The notes under the pieces: model-generated
Told to the model about the DNA's origin: nothing
What the model saw: only the letters and a program-made list of their open reading frames with translations
The model's database searches: none
Position numbers and translations under genes: made by a program
Shown here: positions 32,518 to 41,712 of the stretch, in pieces
How positions within the stretch are numbered: the first letter of the stretch is position 1
Layout of the letters: the number at the start of each line of letters is the position of its first letter
Source: Nitrospiraceae bacterium
Lineage (GTDB): Bacteria > Nitrospirota > Nitrospiria > Nitrospirales > Nitrospiraceae
Assembly: GCA_050246315.1 (NCBI GenBank)
Contig: JBFWWG010000015.1
Span: 1-64,000 of the forward strand
Length of the DNA: 64,000 bases
Direction: 5' to 3'

Positions 32518-32760
32518 TACCACACTTCGTATAAACCGGCGGCTTATCGGTCGTAGCTCCTCCCAATTGACGCTGCTGAAGAAATCCACCGGTGGGTTTC
32601 GTGTCAAATCCGAACCGCATACGTTCCAGCGGCTCACCAGGCGTAGACTCTCTTCATTGCGCCGCCCGATAGACACGTTCAGTGGCTTAGTCTTCGATTG
32701 ACCTGCCAGCTTCATCGCTGAATCGCAACGATTGCCGCCGCATAAAACCCTCCAGTGGAT
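32518..32760 (+). repeat. Array of three degenerate ~85-90-bp units immediately 3' of tRNA-Cys
   Basis: Units 1 and 2 are 90 bp apart. Unit 2 shares an identical 21-mer (ccagcggctcaccaggcgtag, 32626-32646) with the unit behind tRNA-Thr. Confidence 0.75.
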
Positions 32761-33197
32761 TGAATTCTTGCTTTGTGCGCACTCGCGGCCATCCAGGCAG
32801 AGCCTTGCACCATTTCTGCCCGCCTGGGAGGACACGATCCTGTTTATTTTCGTTGGGTGTAACGCCTATTTGACGTGATCTCGCGGCCGCCGGTGGGAGG
32901 GTCTACAACCATGGTGCTGCGGAAGCCACAGCTCCAGAGGATCGAGGATTTGATCCTCGCTGCCGTCGATACGGCAGTTCTGCATTCCAGCCGACCCTTG
33001 CCCGATTCAAGTTCAAGCTGATGAAGTCGGTAATGCCGGACGATGCCCTGAGGCCGATCCCGCGATACCTGATCAGCGAACGACTGCTGACGAACTGGGA
33101 TCTGGCTGATAGAGAATGAATAAGGGATTCGCGAGGAAGAACGGGCTTGCAAACAACCGACCGACCTACATGCGGGCCTAGCTTGCAGAACTATCCT

Positions 33198-33347
33198 CTA
33201 CCGACTATCGAGGCGCTCATTCCACTTTGCCGGCCGCATCATGGTGGACAATGCCGCAAGGCCACAGATGAGCGCCAACATGGCAAAACACAGGAAGAGG
33301 ATCAGGACACCCTTCAGATCATGGGGAGAAAAGATTCCGGTCGCCAT
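33198..33347 (-). CDS. 49-aa single-TM microprotein
   Basis: GGAGG RBS, then MATGIFSPHDLKGVLILFLCFAMLALICGLAALSTMMRPAKWNERLDSR*; starts 1 nt after the upstream stop. Confidence 0.5.
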   Translation of the reverse strand: MATGIFSPHDLKGVLILFLCFAMLALICGLAALSTMMRPAKWNERLDSR

Positions 33348-33348
33348 A

Positions 33349-33528
33349 TCAACCTCCACTGATAGTGTACCACGATTGGCTCCCTTTCCACCCACAATCA
33401 CACTTCCAGGGCGATTGCGGATCGGGTTTTCGAAGGAAGTGGCAACAGGCGGGGCAATGTCTCGTCCATACCCGCGATCTCGTATCGTTGGTCTGCTGTG
33501 CATGCGGTAACGATCCGGGTGTAAGCAT
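33349..33528 (-). CDS. 59-aa zinc-ribbon-like microprotein (below the ORF track cutoff)
   Basis: GAGGAGG RBS, then MLTPGSLPHAQQTNDTRSRVWTRHCPACCHFLRKPDPQSPWKCDCGWKGSQSWYTISGG*, containing CPAC...CDCG. Confidence 0.55.
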   Translation of the reverse strand: MLTPGSLPHAQQTNDTRSRVWTRHCPACCHFLRKPDPQSPWKCDCGWKGSQSWYTISGG

Positions 33529-33699
33529 GGTTTCCTCCTCATGCTGAAAGGTGAGGTGAGGTATGGGAACCGCGTGATAGTCACTTTAACGTTGAAGGCG
33601 GTGGAGGACCATGGTGCTTCCGAGGGGAATGGCACGACGTATCGAGTTGCAGGACTTCGTTAAGGGGTGTATGGGTACAAAATGACCTGCTCGAAAGGG

Positions 33700-34140
33700 C
33701 CTAATTTCTCTACATTTTGCGTGTTCAGTCTTGTACGAGAGCGTTTCCCCAAACTCTGTGGATAAACTTGTGTACAAGTCACAAAACAAAGGTGTTCTCG
33801 CAGCAGAACACGCGGCAATGAGCGACTTGCCCATTTTTTGGGCATTGCGATGCAGCTCTATAGGACCGCAACATATTGTGGGTTGACTTTGTTTTCTGAC
33901 CTTCTTCACACAATCTCCTGTTAAGACGAGGTAACAACCCACCTGGCTCTAAAGCCGCTTCCAGTGCGAGTTTTCTGACCGCTGCAACCACGATGAGTTA
34001 TGCACAGATTTCGATTTTCCCTGTGAACAGAAGCTGTTCCGAAATGGGCTTCGAGGACAAAATCGGAGTCTGGTGTAAGCCTCGATTTCGAAAGAGGAGG
34101 AGCTAGGGACTGTCCGACATTGACCTTATCTACCGCATCT
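33700..34140. promoter_or_regulatory. Cluster of DnaA boxes with an NrdR-box-like palindrome
   Basis: TGTGGATAA at 33757 (perfect), TTATGCACA at 33998, near-matches at 33706, 33769, 33902, 34022 and 34126; ccgcaacatattgtgg at 33866-33881. Confidence 0.55.
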
Positions 34141-34344
34141 ACCGCGGCGAACAAGCTTGCGGCCATCCGCGTCGTTCTCGGCCGAGAGCACTCCGGGGCA
34201 CCCATTGCTCCGGGACTGCAATGGGTTCTGATTCCAGGTTTACGGATCCGGTTTTTCCGGTCCTGCGGCCTCGTATCTGATCACACCTCCTCCGCCTGGT
34301 CACGAACAGCAATGTTGGACAGGCTCCCGGATTCTTTCAGCACT

Positions 34345-35756
34345 GGCTCTTCAGACTTTCGTGTAGGTTGGATAGAGATCCAACCCTCCACAATGGAAGT
34401 AGATCGCGATCTTGAAGTGCTCGACATGGCCGAAGCTATGCGCGGTGTTCTTGACCCATTAGAGCGTGGCGTTGACCGCTTCGAGGCCGGCGTTGGTAAT
34501 CTCATGCTGCAATTAGGGAAGGTCTGATCAATTCAAAATCCTAGGCCGCGATCCGCCAGATTTCCCGTCTTTTGTACACCTACCAATCGAAATTGGGAAT
34601 TATTCAGACCTTCCTTAGGTCAGCACGTTCGGGAGATGCCACCGGATCAACTTGGCCACCGCGGCCATTGGCCGCAGCCGGCTGTGTATGGCCCGCCAGA
34701 ACCAGCAGGAGAAGCACTTCCGGCAACACCACAGTAGGTGTAGTCTCAGAACTGCCGGAAGCGCTCCTTGAGAGCCCAGGTCCGTGCCGCCTTGAGGTCC
34801 GTCTACTGCACTGTGCGGAATGGGACGCCCCGCTCGGGCCGCCATGTCCGTGGGACGCATGAGCCAGAGGCACTGGGTTCCTGTCGGGCAGTCCTCGCCC
34901 GCCTGCTTCAAGGTCCGATGCTCCGTGCGGCGGATCCGGTCGACGGCCGCATATAGATGTTTGGCCACATGGAACTTATCGAAGACGATTTTGGCGACGG
35001 CCACCTCGATGTGGGCCTGAGTCGACTGGATAGAGGGCTCCCACATGTCTATGTCAATCGCCTCGATCCCTTCCCGCTGGGCGGGCGTCAGCGTGGCCCA
35101 GAACCCATCCAGACTCGCTTGCTTCCGGTCGTCTGCCAGATAGAGGACGCGACTGCTCGATCGGCGACGACGGCGAGGTGCCGATGCCCCTTCACAATGG
35201 CTTTCCTATCGACGCCGTGGTGTGGGACGCCCTTCCGGGTGCGACGGCTCAGCCCCTGCGCGACGTCCCGCGTTTTGATGCCCCGGGCTTCGTCCCACAT
35301 GATGCGCAGCAGCCCCGCGGCGCCCTTCACCGCGCATTCCCGGAGCAAGTCTATGGCCAGCCGCTCGAACCACACGGTGAACTGACTGCCCGGCTCCGCC
35401 CAGGGCACCGCGATCTGCTTGACTCCGTGGATCGGACAGCTCACGCGGAGGAGGTCTGCCTGAATCCGCGTCGTAAACTGACCGGTATCCAGATGCCGCC
35501 ACTTTCGGTGCTTGCGATCATAGCCCGAGACCGGCTCCTGACACTCCGGGCAGGGATGGAGCCCTGCTCCAGCCTCGACGGTTACGGTCACCTGCTACCC
35601 TGTCACATCCAGCTCCACGTTGACTACGGTCCAGGGGGAGTTGAGCCCCAGCACCGCTTGATACAGTTCGAAGTCGCGCATCGATCGAGTCCTTCTTGCG
35701 AAGGTCCGAGCATAGCGCAAGCGAAGTCAGTGCCCCACACGATTTCCCGATGAGCC
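34345..35756 (-). mobile_element. Decayed ISL3-family insertion sequence (transposase pseudogene)
   Basis: Terminal IRs GGCTCTTCAGACTTTCGTGTAGG and GGCTCATCGGGAAATCGTGTGGG. Fragments from ATG 35681 include MRDFELYQAVLGL..PW, CPEC..WRHLD..CPIHGV..VPWA, FDKFHV and ITNA...IYFHCGGLDLYP, with several stops and frameshifts. Confidence 0.92.
34517..34614. mobile_element. 98-bp IS5-type MITE nested in the ISL3
   Basis: IRs GGAAGGTCTGATCAATTC and GGAAGGTCTGAATAATTC, flanked by a TTAG target duplication (34513-34516 and 34615-34618). Confidence 0.88.
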
Positions 35757-35808
35757 TCATTATTGCCACGCATGCGCGACGCGTTTCGTAGCACACCCGC
35801 AGTCTAAA

Positions 35809-35838
35809 TTGACGCACTAGAAAGGCCGATGGTAAGAT
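35809..35838 (+). promoter_or_regulatory. Sigma70-type promoter of hpnH
   Basis: TTGACG-18 bp-TAAGAT. Confidence 0.5.
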
Positions 35839-35912
35839 GCGAACGGTTAGTCCACATACTTGGCCTGGTTCTAGGCCGACATCCGTCAAGACCGGTGAGG
35901 AAGGAGAAAGGG

Positions 35913-36995
35913 ATGGCTGTACCGCTTTCCCAAGCCTATACAGTTGCGAAGTACGTGCTCACCCAGAAGGCCAAGGGAATGAAGCGCTATCCCCTGGTGC
36001 TGATGTTGGAGCCGCTGTTTCGATGCAACCTGGCCTGTGCCGGGTGCGGCAAGATCCAGTATCCGGACCACGTCTTGGATATGCGCCTGACCCCTCAGCA
36101 ATGCTGGGCGGCGGCGGAGGAGTGCGGTGCACCAATGGTCAGCATTCCGGGAGGGGAGCCGCTGATTCATCCCGAGATGGCCGAAATCGTCCAAGGGTTG
36201 GTCGAACAACAGCGATATGTCTACCTATGTACCAACGCCTTGCTGCTGGAGCGGAAGCTGAACGACTATACACCCAGCAAGTATCTCACGTTCAGTATCC
36301 ACATGGATGGTCTTAAAGAGGAACATGACCATGCGGTCTGCCGGGATGGTGTCTATGATGTCGCGGTACGGGCCATCCGGGCCGCCTTGAAGCGCGGTTT
36401 CCGGGTGACCTCCAATACCACCCTGTTCGATGATGCCAACCCGGAGCGGGTTCGGGCATTCTTCGATGAAATGATGGCGTTGGGCGTCGAGGGGATGATG
36501 ATTTCTCCGGGGTACAGTTATCAAAAGGCTCCTGACCAACAGCACTTTCTGAAGCGGCAACGGACGCAGGAACTCTTCGGAGAGCTGCTGCGGGACCGAA
36601 AACGCTCCTGGCGCTTCAATCAATCGCCCTTGTTCCTGGAATTTTTAATGGGGCAAGTCGAGTACCAGTGTACGCCTTGGGGGAATCCCACCTACAACGT
36701 GTTCGGCTGGCAGCGGCCCTGCTATTTGCTCCAAGACGGGTATGTGAAGACGTTCCGCGAGCTGATGGACGGCACCGACTGGGACCGATACGGAACGGGA
36801 CGGAATGAGAAGTGCGCCGACTGCATGGTTCACTGCGGGTATGAAGCTTCCGCCGTGAACGACACCTTCGGGTCGTGGACCGGTCTGGCGCGAACCGTTC
36901 GTGCGATCGTCGTGCCGAACCGAAACGGTTCAGGCCCCTCGCTCCTTCAGCCTCGACGGCCTCGGCATGACGGACACGAAGTATCACGAGCCTGA
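35913..36995 (+). CDS. hpnH: Adenosyl-hopene transferase HpnH (radical SAM)
   Basis: YPLVLMLEPLFRCNLACAGCGKI, GGEPL, CTPWGNPT, CADCMVHCGYE. Confidence 0.95.
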   Translation: MAVPLSQAYTVAKYVLTQKAKGMKRYPLVLMLEPLFRCNLACAGCGKIQYPDHVLDMRLTPQQCWAAAEECGAPMVSIPGGEPLIHPEMAEIVQGLVEQQRYVYLCTNALLLERKLNDYTPSKYLTFSIHMDGLKEEHDHAVCRDGVYDVAVRAIRAALKRGFRVTSNTTLFDDANPERVRAFFDEMMALGVEGMMISPGYSYQKAPDQQHFLKRQRTQELFGELLRDRKRSWRFNQSPLFLEFLMGQVEYQCTPWGNPTYNVFGWQRPCYLLQDGYVKTFRELMDGTDWDRYGTGRNEKCADCMVHCGYEASAVNDTFGSWTGLARTVRAIVVPNRNGSGPSLLQPRRPRHDGHEVSRA

Positions 36996-37374
36996 GCAGA
37001 CGTCGTCGCAGACCCGGCGATTCAAGCCGACTACGGCGGAGGAACTGGCCGAGGCGATTGAATTGGCCTTCGACTATCGCGGCGATGTGAGGCTTTGGCT
37101 TCATGGCGGCGAAACGGTCGAGGGGTATCTTTTTAACAGAGTGCACGTCGGAACCGATTCCGGAGCCTCCTACGTCGAGATCTTTCCGGTCGAACGAGGA
37201 GTGCAGTGTCCTGCCCGAACGATTCTCTGCAATCAGATCGAAGAGATCGAGTTGAGCGGGGAAGATACGGCCAACGGCAAATCCTGGGAAGCCTGGGCCG
37301 CCAAGAAGGAAGCCCAGCGACAGGTGGATGCCGCTCGACTGGAAGAGGAGGCCAGGGCGAGGGGGCACCTCTAG
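36967..37374 (+). CDS. Conserved hypothetical protein
   Basis: AIELAFDYRGDV..EGYLFNR..GEDTANGKSWEAW; typical codon usage; overlaps the end of hpnH. Confidence 0.7.
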   Translation: MTDTKYHEPEQTSSQTRRFKPTTAEELAEAIELAFDYRGDVRLWLHGGETVEGYLFNRVHVGTDSGASYVEIFPVERGVQCPARTILCNQIEEIELSGEDTANGKSWEAWAAKKEAQRQVDAARLEEEARARGHL

Positions 37375-37733
37375 GCCGCGTTCCTGCTGCGACGAGATTC
37401 ATCGTTGCGCTCGTCTGACCCATCCAAAGCTTCCGCCAGTTGTTCCTTTTGGTTCTGACTCCCATCCGACATTGCTGACCTCTCTGCGATCAGCCGGCGC
37501 GGTTTTCGATCGTCCGTTTGATGCGGACCGTCTCTCATTGCGCGTGCCGGTGTTGCTTTGAGGTGTGATCCTCCCGCCACGAAAAACATTTCGTGTTGGT
37601 ACCGCGCTCGTGTTTTCAGAATTTCCTGTGGCGAAGCGGATCAAGAGGCCATTGGCACCGGTGTTTCTGTTGACAATAAGTGGTGCCTGTGTTAAATGTC
37701 TCGCCCTCTAAGGGGCCGGCACCTGGCATCGCG

Positions 37734-38312
37734 ATGATGTTTCAAGTTCGCTCTCTGCCGCTCTGGAAGCGGGATTCTGCAAGCGCGCTTTCCATGGTCG
37801 TGCGGCAGGTTTTGGGAGCAGCAGGTGTTCTCATCGTGATGGAGGTTGGATGGACGCCGGTTGTGACGGCCACGCACGAAGCCGATCACCGGTTTACCGT
37901 CGAAGGTTTTGTCTGCGGGGACGACGGGCGTCCGATCGGGAAGAGCGAGGTGGTCGTCAAGGACCCTCGCATCTCTCTCGGGCAGGCGGTCGAAACAGAC
38001 GAACGAGGGTATTACAAGTCGACGCTGCACCTTCACAACGACAATCTGGGCGACGTCCTTGTCATTCAAGCGAGTGGAGAGGAGCAGCGGACGAAAGTTC
38101 AATTCGATCCGAAAGATCTGGAATCCGAACGGAAGGTTCGCGTCGATTTTGGGTCTGGATGTCAAAGCACGGAGGACGGGCTGCCGCAGTGGGTCTACGT
38201 GACTGTGGCCGGCAGTCTGGTTGGGGTCGCGGCATTGACCGGAATTCGAGTCATGCGAGGCACGCGGCGCGCACAGTCGAATCGGAACCGACAGAAGAAG
38301 CCGCGACGATAA
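37734..38312 (+). CDS. Exported beta-sandwich protein with a C-terminal TM anchor
   Basis: Hydrophobic N-region, THEADHRFTVEGFV, TDERGYY, then a C-terminal TM and basic tail. Start uncertain. Confidence 0.65.
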   Translation: MMFQVRSLPLWKRDSASALSMVVRQVLGAAGVLIVMEVGWTPVVTATHEADHRFTVEGFVCGDDGRPIGKSEVVVKDPRISLGQAVETDERGYYKSTLHLHNDNLGDVLVIQASGEEQRTKVQFDPKDLESERKVRVDFGSGCQSTEDGLPQWVYVTVAGSLVGVAALTGIRVMRGTRRAQSNRNRQKKPRR

Positions 38313-38591
38313 GTTCAATAAACAGATGCTGGTCCGCGGGTCGTCAGAGTGTCCTTGCCGGATCGGTTTATGAAGCTAGGTGAGGATGGGTGAGCGAGTG
38401 ACCCTCGGCCGGTTTCACAGGAAATAGCGCTTTTGCTTGTGCCGACGTGGTCGACCCGGGCGGAAGCGTTTTTTCATGTCCGGATGAAGGGCCGGGGCTG
38501 ATTCCTTAGGATCCACAATCTGCTATCGAAGTCTTTATACTCCTGTGGCAGTGGCACGGCCCACAGGACAGAAAGGAGTGAACAAGTCACT

Positions 38592-39095
38592 ATGAGACAA
38601 GCACGCTGGGCCAGGATGACGTGGGCATTTGGAGTCGCGGGCATGGGGATCGCGCTCGCCGCTTGTGGAGGAGAAGGAGGAGAGGGTCCGATTGTCCCGC
38701 CGCCACCCGCGCCGGCCGAGTATGCGGATAAGCATATGCCCGAAGGATGGTGGACCGACCCCAAGATTGTGGAAGAGGGCAAAGAGATCTACATCGGCGC
38801 CAAGAATCCGGATGTGAATTGTTCCAGTTGTCATGGAAAAGACGGCAAGCCGGTGAAGGCCGGAGCCAGAGATTTCCGTGTCGGGGAGCGGATGAAGCTC
38901 TACTCCGACGCGGTCTGGTTCTGGCGCATTTCGGAAGGGGTGCCCAATACCAAGATGAAGGCCTGGAAGAGCAAGCTCTCGGAAGAGGATCGCTGGAAAC
39001 TCGTCGCCTTCGAGCGCACGTTCGGCCTGGCTGGTAAGAGCTGGGACACCAAGACGAATGCATGGGTCTCAGCCGGGCAGGTAGCAAGCAAGTAG
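38592..39095 (+). CDS. Monoheme c-type cytochrome lipoprotein
   Basis: Lipobox LAAC, CSSCH, distal Met in TKMKAW. Confidence 0.9.
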   Translation: MRQARWARMTWAFGVAGMGIALAACGGEGGEGPIVPPPPAPAEYADKHMPEGWWTDPKIVEEGKEIYIGAKNPDVNCSSCHGKDGKPVKAGARDFRVGERMKLYSDAVWFWRISEGVPNTKMKAWKSKLSEEDRWKLVAFERTFGLAGKSWDTKTNAWVSAGQVASK

Positions 39096-39134
39096 ACATT
39101 TCCCAACAGACGAGTGGAGGGGCGACGAGACATC

Positions 39135-40838
39135 ATGAAAGGCTGGCACCGAAATCTGCTGATCGCGATCGGTCTGCTGACGGTCTGGGGCTCGGCGGCG
39201 TATGCCCAAGTGCCTAATCCCCCGGCTGCGGAGTTTCCATACACGGGAAACCGAACGGCGGTGTGGATCGTCGCCCAACTGCACATTCTCTTCGCCGCCT
39301 TCATCCTGGGGGCGCCGATTTTCGTGGTGATCTCCGAGTGGTTGGGGTACCGAAAGCAGGATCCCCGGTATGACCGGCTGGCCAAGGAGGTGACGAAGGT
39401 CACCGTGATTCTGTACAGCATGACCGCGCTCACGGGCGGCCTCTTCATTTTTGTTCTGCTGGCGACCTATCCTCAGTTCACCACCTGGCTCATCAATCAC
39501 TTCTTCCTCATCTTTGCGGTGATCTATCCGCTACTCTTCATCAGCGAAACGATCGTCCTCTATCTCTACTTCTACACATGGGATGCGATGAAGGGTGACA
39601 AGAAAGCCCGACACATCGCCTTGGGGGTGCTGTTGAATCTGATCGGAGCAGTGACGCTCTTCGTCATCGACGGCCCGACCGCCTTTATGAACACGCCGGC
39701 CAAGGCGGAGGGCGCCTCCATTGTCGAGTTCATCCAAAACGCCACGTTGTGGGATAAGGTCTACAACTACAGTTGGATGCCGATGAACCTCCACCGTCTG
39801 GTTGGCAACGTGACCTTCGGTGGGTTTATCGCCGGCCTCATCGCAGCGTATCAATTCTTGGGGTCGAAGAAGGAAGAGGATCGAGCCTATTACGATTGGA
39901 TGGGATTTGTTGGGAATCTGATCGGCGTGGGGGCGCTGCTGTTCCTTCCGTTCATGGGGTACTTGTTGGCGTATGAACTCTGCGACTACGACGCCTCCAT
40001 TTGCCCCTACATGATGGCCGATCAACTCTCGATGTTTTTCGAGATGCAGGGAGCCATGGTCGGGCTGATTTTCTTGGCGAGCAACTATTACATCTGGCTG
40101 AGCATGAAGCGCATCGAGGGGGTCGAGCGCGTGCGGATGTCGCTGTTCACACTGATCGCGATGATCGCCACGCCGTTCGTCATGACTTGGGCGTGGACGG
40201 TCTATCCCGCTCCCGACCCGACTTCTCTGGCGTTTCTAGCCCCGCTGGTGCTGCTCCCGGCCATCCTGGGAAAGTTCATCCCGATGACTGTGTCCTCGCG
40301 GACATTTATCAAGTTGGGCTTCCTGATGATCGTCGTCGGCAACGCCATCTGGATGACGCCGCATGGGTTCGTTCCAACGGGCGCCAAGTTGGTGGCGGAA
40401 TTGGAACTCCCATCGGAATGGAATTTTCTCGCCCTGATGCCGGCGAAGAATGCGGCCGCCTTCACGCTGGTATTCGTGACGGTGCTCAATTACATCATGT
40501 ACAACCGGGCAATCCGGCAGGGGACGATCGTATGGGGCAAGATTGATTTCGCCTCGCAGTTCGTCTTGATCTTCCTGGCCTTCAGTGCGATTTGGACTAT
40601 GGGGCTCATGGGGGCCGTACGCTCGCTGCTCCGAAAATATTTCCACACCTACAATCTGGTGCCCGACTTCACTCCGGAGTCCTTTACTCCGACGCTGGCC
40701 TATTCCGCCTGGTGGATTACGGCGATCACACTCATATTCTACATCGTTGTCAGTTTCGCCATCATCGTGACCCTGCGGGCCTCCGAAGCCAAAGGCCATG
40801 CACACGAGGCCAAACCGGTTCCGGCAGGAGCAAAATAA
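39135..40838 (+). CDS. Cytochrome bd-like oxidase subunit I paralogue (CydA-like)
   Basis: QLHILFAAFILGAP, AFMNTP, NLHRLVGN; polytopic membrane protein. Confidence 0.8.
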   Translation: MKGWHRNLLIAIGLLTVWGSAAYAQVPNPPAAEFPYTGNRTAVWIVAQLHILFAAFILGAPIFVVISEWLGYRKQDPRYDRLAKEVTKVTVILYSMTALTGGLFIFVLLATYPQFTTWLINHFFLIFAVIYPLLFISETIVLYLYFYTWDAMKGDKKARHIALGVLLNLIGAVTLFVIDGPTAFMNTPAKAEGASIVEFIQNATLWDKVYNYSWMPMNLHRLVGNVTFGGFIAGLIAAYQFLGSKKEEDRAYYDWMGFVGNLIGVGALLFLPFMGYLLAYELCDYDASICPYMMADQLSMFFEMQGAMVGLIFLASNYYIWLSMKRIEGVERVRMSLFTLIAMIATPFVMTWAWTVYPAPDPTSLAFLAPLVLLPAILGKFIPMTVSSRTFIKLGFLMIVVGNAIWMTPHGFVPTGAKLVAELELPSEWNFLALMPAKNAAAFTLVFVTVLNYIMYNRAIRQGTIVWGKIDFASQFVLIFLAFSAIWTMGLMGAVRSLLRKYFHTYNLVPDFTPESFTPTLAYSAWWITAITLIFYIVVSFAIIVTLRASEAKGHAHEAKPVPAGAK

Positions 40839-40892
40839 GCCTCGGGCCATCTTGCGAGCGGAGTTTCGGAATTACAGGGAAGGAGACCGAAC

Positions 40893-41708
40893 GTGATTCG
40901 AAAAGCGATCGGCGGGATTGGGGTGGGAGTAGGGCTGTTCGTGACCGCCAAGATTCTCGGCTTCCCAGACATATTCCAGTACATGTTCTTTGCCTACGCG
41001 ATGTTGGGCATGCTGGTCTACATGCTCCTTGACGCCCCTTCCCTCAAGCCGATCTCAGGGGGTAAGGCCATCGTCGTGTTGATCGTCTTCTATCTGGTCT
41101 TGTCGGTCTTCTATATCGGCGGTGCGTCGTTCCTGCCACAGTATGATCCGGAAGATGAAAAGGGCAAGATCGAAAAGATTCTCGCTCCCAAGCGCAAGTT
41201 GACGGAACAGGGCAAGACAGAGGACCTGATCGCCAAGGTTAAGGCGCTGGACGAGAAGGCGGCGGCCTTGCAGGAGCGGATCAAGAACCTCGGCAAGGAC
41301 GTGATTCAAGAAGGCGCCGCAGCTGCTGGCGTCGGCGCGATTGAGACTCCGAAGCCGTCGGGCGGCGGTGCTATCAACGACCCGAAGGAGTTGGAGCGGT
41401 TGGGTTTCGAACAGTGGCAACTGCAGGAATGCTACAACTGTCACAAGTTGAAGGGGGAAGGCGGGAAAAAGCGCGGGCCGGAGTTGGATAATATCGGCAC
41501 CTTCATGACCGTCGCGGAAATCAAAGACAAAATTCTCGATCCGCAAAGCTTCATGGCGGAGGGTTTTGAAAAAGAATACGAGAAGAAGAAGATGCCAGAC
41601 AAGTACAAGGAGTTGATGGAAGAGAAGGACGTGGATGTGCTGGCAGCCTGGCTCGGGACGATGAAGAATGCCTCGGTGACGACACCCAAGCCGATCAAGA
41701 AGAAATAA
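40893..41708 (+). CDS. Membrane-anchored c-type cytochrome
   Basis: Three TM segments, coiled linker, CYNCH, GPEL, KMP. Confidence 0.88.
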   Translation: MIRKAIGGIGVGVGLFVTAKILGFPDIFQYMFFAYAMLGMLVYMLLDAPSLKPISGGKAIVVLIVFYLVLSVFYIGGASFLPQYDPEDEKGKIEKILAPKRKLTEQGKTEDLIAKVKALDEKAAALQERIKNLGKDVIQEGAAAAGVGAIETPKPSGGGAINDPKELERLGFEQWQLQECYNCHKLKGEGGKKRGPELDNIGTFMTVAEIKDKILDPQSFMAEGFEKEYEKKKMPDKYKELMEEKDVDVLAAWLGTMKNASVTTPKPIKKK

Positions 41709-41712
41709 GACG

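Noticed and set aside
32518..32760. tRNA-trailing units as a CRISPR array
   Set aside because: The units are few, degenerate and ~90 bp, with no identical 23-47-bp repeats, and there are no cas genes in the window.
32399..32835. Similar antisense ORFs across both tRNAs (e.g. MEAPSGFEP and MEPATGIEP)
   Set aside because: The similarity comes from the tRNA sequence and the shared trailer repeat, not from protein-coding conservation.
37652..37668. Sigma54-like site TGGCAC-N5-TTTC
   Set aside because: The -12 GC is missing and a TTGACA sigma70-type element lies adjacent, so support is too weak.
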